From an uncultured virus (IMG/VR IMGVR_UViG_3300037147_000124) (lineage: Duplodnaviria; Heunggongvirae; Uroviricota; Caudoviricetes), in the IMG/VR virus record IMGVR_UViG_3300037147_000124, positions 54,196-74,195 of that record: DNA of 20,000 nt; one strand, written 5' to 3'. The translations under genes were made by a program, and so were the position numbers. The notes beneath the pieces were generated by a model. It was not told the DNA's origin. It did no database searches and was given only the letters and a program-made list of their open reading frames with translations. Positions 1 through 7,791 of this stretch are shown in pieces (position 1 is the stretch's first letter; every line of letters starts with the position of its first letter).

Positions 1-1
1 T

Positions 2-121
2 GACACCGCCGTAAGCGATGGCCGCGGCAGCTACGAGGCAACCGCGGGACCTCGAGAGCGGATGCAGTCGATGAATGCGACAGGATATCTGGTCTTCGGT
101 CTCAACGCGCGTAGGCACTAA
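2..121 (+). CDS. 3' end of a hypothetical phage gene truncated by the window edge (...RERMQSMNATGYLVFGLNARRH*)
   Basis: The frame is open from position 2 to TAA at 119-121, and that TAA overlaps the next ATG (TAATG), as at other junctions here. It is absent from the ORF track because its start lies outside the window. Confidence 0.7.
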   Translation, partial: DTAVSDGRGSYEATAGPRERMQSMNATGYLVFGLNARRH

Positions 122-645
122 TGCTCCTGAACCAGGCATCCCGGGATGGACTCAACGGAGCAGCGCAGTCGATGCGCATGGCTCCGTCGCGTGCGTTCTG
201 GTCAGGCATGAAGCTGAGCGGTATCGGAATCGCCGCGGGCGTCCCGATGATCGCGTATGAAGCAGGGCATGCCCAGAGGGGCGAGGTTTTGCCCACCGCC
301 CTGGGCCGCACCGTAGGCCTGATGACCTTCCCCGCGCTCAGCGGCGCGCTCGCCGCCGGCGGCGCGATGGCGGCCACCGCGCTAGGTCTCTCGGTCCCGG
401 GCATTGGAGCCTTTGCCGTGTTGGCTTCGATCTACCCCGACGTGATGATCGGCAATTCGATCAATCGCAGCATCCGGTCTCTCACCGCGGCCGGGCGCCA
501 GGTTCACCACCTCGAGTTCGGTGGCAGCTTCCAGGACACCGACACCGCGCGCCAGATGCGCAACTACGCCCTTTACGAGATGAGCGGAGCCACCTCCGCC
601 TCCCGTCGTTACCTGGGACAGGAAGCTGCCCTGATGCACCGATAA
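121..645 (+). CDS. Hypothetical Gly/Ala-rich protein with hydrophobic segments, possible internal virion protein (174 aa)
   Basis: TAATG-coupled start and GC3-biased codons. Hydrophobic stretch GALAAGGAMAATALGLSVPGIGAFAVLA; C-terminal FQDTDTARQMR...YLGQEAALMHR. Confidence 0.75.
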   Translation: MLLNQASRDGLNGAAQSMRMAPSRAFWSGMKLSGIGIAAGVPMIAYEAGHAQRGEVLPTALGRTVGLMTFPALSGALAAGGAMAATALGLSVPGIGAFAVLASIYPDVMIGNSINRSIRSLTAAGRQVHHLEFGGSFQDTDTARQMRNYALYEMSGATSASRRYLGQEAALMHR

Positions 646-734
646 CAGTCTTCGACTCGAAGAGCGGATTCATAGCGGTTTTCGACCGCCGATAACGCTT
701 TTCGACCAAACCCTTCAAATTGGAGTTCCTACTC

Positions 735-1151
735 ATGGGCGACTACCTGGATTTCAAGCGCAACGTGCTCAATACCCCTCACCCGATGTTCGGGGCGATG
801 CCTCCTGGCTTTGGCGTAGGCGACCTGCCTGCGCGGTATGACGACGGCTTCCTCGTGTTCAACGCTGTCACTGGCGACCAGACATCCGCAGCCATCCCTG
901 TCGATGCCAACGCGATCGAGCTGGTGGCCACCTTCAGCGACCTGCACACCGGTTGCACGATCACGGTGTTGGCGGCCGACGGCGTGACTCCGCTGGCAGT
1001 CTTCCCCGGGGTAAGCACGCTCAAGAGCAGCAACCTCTATGCCGGCTTTGCCGAGAACAACCAGCTGCTCGGCGGAGGTTCGTTTCTCTTCGCCGTATCC
1101 GCATGGTCTGGCACGGGAACCCTGACGTTGAAGGTTCGCCGCACCGGCTAA
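735..1151 (+). CDS. Hypothetical protein with a beta-rich C-terminal part, possibly structural (138 aa)
   Basis: GGAG RBS at 722-725 ahead of ATG 735, preferred over TTG 720. Codon bias matches neighbours; ends in TAA. Confidence 0.75.
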   Translation: MGDYLDFKRNVLNTPHPMFGAMPPGFGVGDLPARYDDGFLVFNAVTGDQTSAAIPVDANAIELVATFSDLHTGCTITVLAADGVTPLAVFPGVSTLKSSNLYAGFAENNQLLGGGSFLFAVSAWSGTGTLTLKVRRTG

Positions 1152-1164
1152 TACAGGACAACTT

Positions 1165-3291
1165 GTGAGCACTGGATTCGTTCCGTTGGCCGATCTTGTG
1201 GCCGGTCTTCCTGAGGAAGATCGGTCCTTTCTCGCCAACGCCATCAAACGCGATCAGAAAGAACACGCCGAGGGCAGCGACAAAGCTGGCATCATTCGGC
1301 GGATGCAGTGCGCCCAGTGCCAGAACTGCCAGGAGCACTACCGCACCAAGCATCCAGGCAAGCCCTTCGTCATCAAGTGCTTTGGCGTCTACGACACCCC
1401 TGACTATGAGGCGGCGAAGGTGCGCATGCACGCCGACGGCGAGGAGATGTCGATCGACGAGATCCGGGAGATCTATGACCCCGCGTTCTGGGGCTCACGC
1501 CACATCGTCGTCAAGAATGACGACGGCGACATCGTCTCTTTCATCCCCCGTTTCTACCAGGAAGAAGCTCTGCGCTGCACCTCGCCACGCAAGATCGACC
1601 GTTGGGGCCGCGGCCTGGGCAAGACCATGAGCGGCGTGGTGGAGGAGATGCACTTCCTCTGCAACAACAAGAACACCCAGACCCTGGTGCTCTGTCCATC
1701 GGCCGCGCAAGCTCAGTTGTGGTGGGATGAGATCAACTTCCAGGTCGAGAACTCGCCGACCCGTGAGTTCGAGATCTTGCAGAAGAAACAGCAGCCGTAC
1801 GCCATGATCCGCTTCGGCAATGGCTCGGTCCTGACCATCTTCACCGCCGGATCGAAGTCCGGTAAGGGCGCTGACTCCATTCGATCGCAATCCCCGCGCC
1901 GCATCCGGCTCGAGGAGCAGGACTTTCTCGCCGACAAGGATTACCAGGCGATCATGCCGCTGTTGCGGCGCTTCAAGAACGTCACCTTCCACGGTTCCTC
2001 GACGCCGACCGGCAAGCGCGAGATGTACTGGCAGATGTGCAACAAGCTGGCCGAGTACCAGGAGTTCTTCCACCCGGTCATGGATCACCCGGACTGGGGC
2101 AGTGAAACTCTCAATGAAGAGGCCTGCTTGGCCGAAGCCAAGACCATGGACCGCTATCGCCATGAGTGGCTGGCCGAGTTCGGCGATCCCGAGGCCGGGC
2201 TCTTCAAGAGCGCCTTCGTCGACGCGGCGATGATGCCGTTCACCATGCGGTCTTCGATGTACTCCCCGGACAAGAACCATGTGATGGGCATCGACTGGAA
2301 CGGCAAAGGCACCGGCACCCGCATCGTGGTCACCCAGTACGATCCTTCGACCCGCAAGCGGAGAGTGGTGCATCACGAGACCATCGACGACCCCAAGTCG
2401 ACGACCCGCAAGTCCATGGCCCGCATCGTCGAGATCAACAAGATGTGGCACTGCGACTACGTGTACGTGGACGCGGGGTTCGGCTTTGTCCAGGACGAGT
2501 TGATCAAGGAGATCGGCGTCGCCGCCGGCACCTTCGACCCTGACACCGCCAAGCTGAAGTACATCAAGGTCATCGACTTCGGCGCCAAGCTCGAAACCAA
2601 CGCCATCGTCCCCAACCGGGACCCCAATTCCAAGTACCTGGCCGATCCGAAGGACGACATTCTGAAGCGCCGCACCAAACCCTTCATGGTTGAAGGCATG
2701 GTCATGGCCTTCGAAGCCGGCCTGGTCGAGATCTCGCGCGAGTACAACACCCTCGAAGAGCAGCTCCGCGGCTACCGGGTCAAGACCTGGACCAAGGGCG
2801 GCGCAGCCGACACCTACATCACCGACTCCGAATCTGGCGACCATGACCTCGACGCCTGCATGCTGTCGATGCTGGGGATCGAGCTGAACTACGGCCTCTG
2901 GCACACCAAAGAATCCATCCGGCGTTTGGTACAGATCGCGCACGTGTCAGGCTGGGGACTGCCGGCAACTGTGGTCAATACCCAGCCGGCGGCAGCGGAC
3001 GATCCAGAACAGAGTCCAGCCGCGCGGATTGAGCAAAACCGGCAACTCCGCCGTCAGGCGTCCGGGGTTCCTTCCCGCGTTACTGCTGCCCAGACGGGAA
3101 CATCGCTGCAGGAGAAATACCGGCTGATGTACCTCTCCAAGGGCAGCTACATTGCCGCCCCCACCGGAGGCGGCGCTGCCAGTTCCAACGGACGCGTACC
3201 CTCCCGGACCGGAGTCTTCCAGGGAGCCTCGCGGGGAGGTTCGCAGTACGGCAACCCGCAGACTTCCCGGACTCGATTCAGGAGCTACTAA
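1165..3291 (+). CDS. terL: Terminase large subunit (ATPase plus RNase H-like nuclease), with N-terminal Cys cluster and low-complexity C-terminal tail
   Basis: PRFYQ adenine-binding motif, Walker A GRGLGKT, Walker B-like RIRLEE, coupling motif STPTG, nuclease motifs GIDWN, VDAGFG and DHDLDA. Lies upstream of the portal and head genes. Confidence 0.93.
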   Translation: MSTGFVPLADLVAGLPEEDRSFLANAIKRDQKEHAEGSDKAGIIRRMQCAQCQNCQEHYRTKHPGKPFVIKCFGVYDTPDYEAAKVRMHADGEEMSIDEIREIYDPAFWGSRHIVVKNDDGDIVSFIPRFYQEEALRCTSPRKIDRWGRGLGKTMSGVVEEMHFLCNNKNTQTLVLCPSAAQAQLWWDEINFQVENSPTREFEILQKKQQPYAMIRFGNGSVLTIFTAGSKSGKGADSIRSQSPRRIRLEEQDFLADKDYQAIMPLLRRFKNVTFHGSSTPTGKREMYWQMCNKLAEYQEFFHPVMDHPDWGSETLNEEACLAEAKTMDRYRHEWLAEFGDPEAGLFKSAFVDAAMMPFTMRSSMYSPDKNHVMGIDWNGKGTGTRIVVTQYDPSTRKRRVVHHETIDDPKSTTRKSMARIVEINKMWHCDYVYVDAGFGFVQDELIKEIGVAAGTFDPDTAKLKYIKVIDFGAKLETNAIVPNRDPNSKYLADPKDDILKRRTKPFMVEGMVMAFEAGLVEISREYNTLEEQLRGYRVKTWTKGGAADTYITDSESGDHDLDACMLSMLGIELNYGLWHTKESIRRLVQIAHVSGWGLPATVVNTQPAAADDPEQSPAARIEQNRQLRRQASGVPSRVTAAQTGTSLQEKYRLMYLSKGSYIAAPTGGGAASSNGRVPSRTGVFQGASRGGSQYGNPQTSRTRFRSY

Positions 3292-3711
3292 ATGGCGAAC
3301 GGCGATACCCAGAACAACATTGCCGCGGACACCGCAGCGAGTTACGACAAGCCGATCGCCGTGTCGGTCATCAACAAGCTGGAGAAGTTCCCGTTCATGC
3401 AGGAGCTGGCCTACAACGGCATCCTGGAATTCCTGAAGCAGGGCTTCCTCGGCCTGCAGGACTTCTTTGAGGAGATGACGGTGTACTCGAGCGTCAGCAC
3501 CCTGCTCAAGGCCGCCTGGAGTCTGATCGTGCATCGCGCGCCTCTCAACCTCGATGTGGAGCGGAATCTCTACACCACTGAATCCCTGGGAACGGTCGGT
3601 CTGGCCTTCCAGAGGATGATCGGCTACGACCAGGTCTTCGCCGTGGATCCTGACGACCTGCAGGACGCGACCGGGTCTTCAGTCGTTTCCGCCAACCTCC
3701 CGAGCGCCTAA
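3292..3711 (+). CDS. Hypothetical protein (139 aa)
   Basis: Abuts the terminase stop (TAAATG) and overlaps the next start (TAATG); typical codon bias. Confidence 0.8.
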   Translation: MANGDTQNNIAADTAASYDKPIAVSVINKLEKFPFMQELAYNGILEFLKQGFLGLQDFFEEMTVYSSVSTLLKAAWSLIVHRAPLNLDVERNLYTTESLGTVGLAFQRMIGYDQVFAVDPDDLQDATGSSVVSANLPSA

Positions 3712-5327
3712 TGTCCTTCGATTCGATCAAGTTCGCGTACACCCCGCCGCCTACCGTTCCCGCGACGATCCCAGTCAATTCTGTTCAGCAACCCGGTCTG
3801 TTCATGAACCCCGGACAGACGAATTCGCTGAACACGTCAGTGGCAGGACAGTTGATCGCCAGAGCCAAGGAGCTGCTCAATGCCAATCGGTACCTTCAGG
3901 ATGTGATCCTGGCGCGCAGCCAGGGATTGGGCGTGGAGTTCGATCCCGCCGTCGACCCCAGCACGGCGCAGTCGCTGGAGATTCTCTACCCGAACCAGAT
4001 CGTCCCGACTTCGCTGACCGTCAACATGTACGGCCGGATGCTGGACGCAGAACTGGCCGCGCTGCAGATCGACACCGCGCTTGGCACCAACAGCGCCTGT
4101 GAAGTCAACGCCTTCCAGGCGGCGGCTGTGAGCCAGGTGGCTCAGGCAATTGAGAACGGCTTGCTCAACAGCGGCAAGTTCCAGTACCAGCTGCCCCTGC
4201 TGCTCCGTCAACTCAAGGGAGATACCGCCCTCTTCAACACCGTAGCGACCGAACTGGCCAGGTACCCCGTGCTGGCGGCGCCGGCGGCGTCGCTCACGAG
4301 CGGCAAGCCGAGCTTGATCTCGGTGCGCGGCCAGGACGTGTCGCCTGCCCTGTCGTCCATCATGAACGACGCGTTTGACTCATTCCAGAGTTCCTACGCT
4401 TCGGTCTATCAGCTGGCGGCAACGACGGGTGTCATCGACCAGGACGTCAACAACGTCCTGAACCAATACTTCATCGAGCCGGCCGCGAACCTGATTCGTA
4501 TGACGGCTCTGTTCGACTCGCTGATCGGGTTTGCCCATCTCCCGCGGTTGAAGTCAGTGGTCAACGGGCTCACCGGCTACGCCTTCATGATGCTGATCGC
4601 CGAGGCCTCCACGATGGAGTTCATGGCCGATCGGTTCATTCAGACCGCAATCATGCCGCTCCGCCAGATCACCAGCAACATAGGCGACATGGTCAAGCAG
4701 GTACAACTTGCAACTGCCCTGGTGGGTCAGGCTGCCGGCGGCGTCAAGCAGGCCTACAACCACACCACCGGCGGTCTGAAGGGAATGTCCTTCGGCTACA
4801 GTTGCGGACTCCCGCACAACGCGGCGGCTCAGAAGCCGGCCGTTCCGGAAAGCGTTTGGTCCGTTCCTGGCGTTGGCAAGATGTCCCAGGGCCTGACCGC
4901 CCTGGCCACCCATCTCGACTGGGCACAACACGAAGGCATGAAGAAAGCCAGCCTGGTCCAGGAGTCGTTTCAGAAGCTCCTGCAGCGCCGTGTTGGCGAC
5001 ATGAACACCCAGCTGGACCTGATGTGTAGTACCCAGGCTTTGAACACGCTCACCCAGCTCGCGCGATCCGTCCTCTCTTTCACCGGATCCGCGGCGCCCG
5101 TGGGCGGCACCCAGACCATCAGTCAGATGCAGGCCGTCACCCAGATCATGAACGGCATGCAGTCCGCCACCGGATCCTCTTATGTTGTCGTGAACAGCCA
5201 GATGCAGGCCGTTCCTCCTTCCGTTCCCGCGCCACCGAGCAGCGTCCAGACCACTCTGGTCAACGGAGGCCTGACCCTCGTCGCCACTTCGGCGGCCGTC
5301 AAGGCACCCACCCTTGGAGCAAGCTAA
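3711..5327 (+). CDS. Hypothetical, probably helical virion or morphogenesis protein (538 aa)
   Basis: Long ORF, TAATG-coupled at both ends, A/Q/S/T/L-rich, located between terminase and portal. No recognisable motif. Confidence 0.8.
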   Translation: MSFDSIKFAYTPPPTVPATIPVNSVQQPGLFMNPGQTNSLNTSVAGQLIARAKELLNANRYLQDVILARSQGLGVEFDPAVDPSTAQSLEILYPNQIVPTSLTVNMYGRMLDAELAALQIDTALGTNSACEVNAFQAAAVSQVAQAIENGLLNSGKFQYQLPLLLRQLKGDTALFNTVATELARYPVLAAPAASLTSGKPSLISVRGQDVSPALSSIMNDAFDSFQSSYASVYQLAATTGVIDQDVNNVLNQYFIEPAANLIRMTALFDSLIGFAHLPRLKSVVNGLTGYAFMMLIAEASTMEFMADRFIQTAIMPLRQITSNIGDMVKQVQLATALVGQAAGGVKQAYNHTTGGLKGMSFGYSCGLPHNAAAQKPAVPESVWSVPGVGKMSQGLTALATHLDWAQHEGMKKASLVQESFQKLLQRRVGDMNTQLDLMCSTQALNTLTQLARSVLSFTGSAAPVGGTQTISQMQAVTQIMNGMQSATGSSYVVVNSQMQAVPPSVPAPPSSVQTTLVNGGLTLVATSAAVKAPTLGAS

Positions 5328-7570
5328 TGCCCAGCAAGACCGCTAACCAGATGAAAGCAGACCGTCTTCAGATCCAGGAAACGTATCGGCTCACCCGCCT
5401 CATGGCATTCACGGACGGCACGCTGAAGAGCGCGTCGAAGCCGATCGCGATGCGGAGGACGGTTGCCGGCAAGCAGATGGAGCCCAACATCAAAGGGCTC
5501 GGCGATCGTACCGCTTCGTACACCGGCGGAACCTTCCAGCCGCGGGAGATCCCGACCGGAGCACGCCACGTCACCGATGCCCAGATGCGCGCCTGGAAGA
5601 CGACCGTCGACAGCGGGATGAAGATCGCCGATGCCGGGAAGATCATCAACCCGGACATCACCCGGATCAAGCAGGCCAAGGCGGCCGACTACATCGGCAC
5701 CTATTACATGTGGAATGGGGTCCTGCAGCCGGAATACGACATGCGCGAACCGCATGCCATCGTGGACACCGAAGTCTATGTAAAGCAGATGGTCCACCGG
5801 AAGCTGGCGCTCGCCGCCCGCGCCGGCTACGAGATCATGAGCGACCGGGATGAGGACGCTGAGTACATCCAGCACCGCATCGACGTCATGGAGTTTGTCT
5901 CGGAGCGCAGTTTCCCCAGCCTGCTCAAGGGCATTCTGTACAACCTCTTCACCTGCTCCAACTGCTTTGTTCACAAGCTGCGCAAGGAAGATGCGTCCCC
6001 GGTTCCCCGCAAGAAGGGGATGCCGGCGCCGGTCGCCGCCTATTCGATCATCCCGGCCCACACCATCCAGCCCTACCTCGAGCATGGCCGGATCGTGAAG
6101 TGGCGTCGCTTCTTCGACTCCGCCGTTCCGTGGCAGGACATCCCGGTCGAAGACATCATCCACTTCAAGTGGTCCTCCGATCTCAAGGCTGGCCACATCT
6201 ATGCCACCCCGCGCACGATCGCCGTCCGCGACGACATCTTTGCGCTCCGCCGCTTGGAAGAGAACGTCGAACTGCTGTTCATCAACCACTTGTTCCCGTT
6301 GTTCCACGTTCAAGTGGGCACCGCGGAAGCGCCTTGCACCTACGGCGACAACGGCGAGTCTGAGATCGACCTGGTCCGCTGGCAGATCGAGAACATGCCG
6401 AAGGAAGGCGTCTATGTCTCGGACGAGCGCGTCAAGATCAGCGCCGTCGGCGCCGAAGGCAAGTCCCTCGACTTCTCCCCACTGGTAACGCACTACAAGA
6501 GCCGCGTCTATGTCGGGCTGGGCATGAGCGCCATCGACATGGGCGAAGGCGCGGACGCAACGCGCGCCACCGCCGACAACATCTCGCAGAACCTCAAGGA
6601 TTCGATCAAGGCCGATCTCGATGACCTGGCCGATCAGATCCGGATGTTCATGTTCCGCGACTGGTTCATGGAGGCGAACTACTCGACCTCCGTGCAGAAG
6701 GGCGTGGCCCGCACCTTCATCCGGTTCCACGAACTGGATCTCGACAACCGGATCAAGGAAGAGACCCACGTCCTGGCTCTCTTCAACTCCCACCTCATCA
6801 CCGAGGATGAAGCCCGCAAGCGCCTGAAGTACAAGGCGATGACTCCGAAGGATCGGGGCAACACCCACTTCAGCCTGCATGTGGTGAAGCTTGAGAAGGA
6901 GATTACCAAGTTCAAGACTGCCTCGACCCTCGAAATCAACGCCGCCAATGTCGACAACGAAAAGAAGATGGCAGGCACCCAGATCAAGCTGATGGAGGCG
7001 CAGGCCAAACTCTCCGAGACCAAGACCGGTCACGAGGAGCAGAGTCTCGCCGCCCAGGCCAAGCATCTGCCTGTCATCGCCAAGGCCAAGGTAGCGGTGG
7101 CGAATGCTACCGCGCGCAAGGGCGCCGCCGGCGCGCCGCGCCGCTCAACCGCCAAGAAGACGACGCAGACCGCGGCCGCCGTCTCGAATAAGATGCGCCC
7201 GACCAACCAGCACGGCAGCGGCCTGGGGCCGACCAAGGCTAAGTCCAGCCGTGAATCCTTCATGGGCGAGTTGTACGAAGGCTTGCTGCTGGCGCGCGAG
7301 GACATGATCAGCGATGGACAGTCCGCGCCGAAACAGTGGCAGTCGGTCAGTTCGGAAGTGGTAGATCAGGTCCTGGACCGTATGGAGAAAGCTGAAATCA
7401 CCGGTTCGGGTGGTGATTCCTATACTAGACAGGTGAGAGATGGACTTAGCCGATTGAAGGCCATGATCGCTGAGACCTCTGACCCTGAACTTCTCTCTGT
7501 CCTCCTTCGGGAAGGCATCGAGGAAGAGGTAGTAGACGATGTCGAACTTCACGACGCACTTGCCAGTTAG
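5327..7570 (+). CDS. Portal protein with long C-terminal extension (747 aa)
   Basis: Located between terminase and protease. Portal-like segments EDIIHFK, IYATPRTIAVRDDIFALRRLEE, RVYVGLGMS and LITEDEARKRL, followed by a coiled-coil and basic tail. GGAG RBS upstream. Confidence 0.85.
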   Translation: MPSKTANQMKADRLQIQETYRLTRLMAFTDGTLKSASKPIAMRRTVAGKQMEPNIKGLGDRTASYTGGTFQPREIPTGARHVTDAQMRAWKTTVDSGMKIADAGKIINPDITRIKQAKAADYIGTYYMWNGVLQPEYDMREPHAIVDTEVYVKQMVHRKLALAARAGYEIMSDRDEDAEYIQHRIDVMEFVSERSFPSLLKGILYNLFTCSNCFVHKLRKEDASPVPRKKGMPAPVAAYSIIPAHTIQPYLEHGRIVKWRRFFDSAVPWQDIPVEDIIHFKWSSDLKAGHIYATPRTIAVRDDIFALRRLEENVELLFINHLFPLFHVQVGTAEAPCTYGDNGESEIDLVRWQIENMPKEGVYVSDERVKISAVGAEGKSLDFSPLVTHYKSRVYVGLGMSAIDMGEGADATRATADNISQNLKDSIKADLDDLADQIRMFMFRDWFMEANYSTSVQKGVARTFIRFHELDLDNRIKEETHVLALFNSHLITEDEARKRLKYKAMTPKDRGNTHFSLHVVKLEKEITKFKTASTLEINAANVDNEKKMAGTQIKLMEAQAKLSETKTGHEEQSLAAQAKHLPVIAKAKVAVANATARKGAAGAPRRSTAKKTTQTAAAVSNKMRPTNQHGSGLGPTKAKSSRESFMGELYEGLLLAREDMISDGQSAPKQWQSVSSEVVDQVLDRMEKAEITGSGGDSYTRQVRDGLSRLKAMIAETSDPELLSVLLREGIEEEVVDDVELHDALAS
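7396..7426 (+). promoter_or_regulatory. Candidate internal promoter/operator: inverted repeat AATCACC-N9-GGTGATT followed by TATACT
   Basis: AATCACC at 7396-7402 and GGTGATT at 7412-7418, with a -10-like TATACT at 7421-7426, in a locally lower-GC patch at the portal 3' end. Confidence 0.35.
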
Positions 7571-7721
7571 GGAGATCAACCCCACCGGCATTGTATCCGC
7601 ACCGCTGGAGACCGCGCTTGCAATGGGCGCCGGGGCAATGTTCCAGAGTCCGGTACAGGTATCCCAGATCCCCGCAGGCGGTTCTTTCCTGCTCGAGATC
7701 CCCCTCAACGTACAGAACTAA
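7539..7721 (+). CDS. Small hypothetical protein (60 aa) overlapping the portal 3' end
   Basis: GAGGT RBS-like sequence upstream of the ATG. Ends in TAA and fills the gap before the protease gene. Confidence 0.6.
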   Translation: MSNFTTHLPVREINPTGIVSAPLETALAMGAGAMFQSPVQVSQIPAGGSFLLEIPLNVQN

Positions 7722-7791
7722 CTGCAGTCGACGCCGGACAAGAACTACGTTACCCGGGTGACTGACAGTTCGTCAGGAAGAACAAGCCGAC

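Noticed and set aside
7568..7570. TAG reassignment or readthrough at the three TAG stops
   Set aside because: Two TAGs lie within the next gene's reading region and the third is followed by an intergenic spacer and a fresh RBS. No gene appears fragmented by TAG.
1165..7570. Intein or intron in the terminase or portal, given their length
   Set aside because: Catalytic motifs are normally spaced, and there is no splice-junction signature or homing endonuclease motif. The extra length is terminal.
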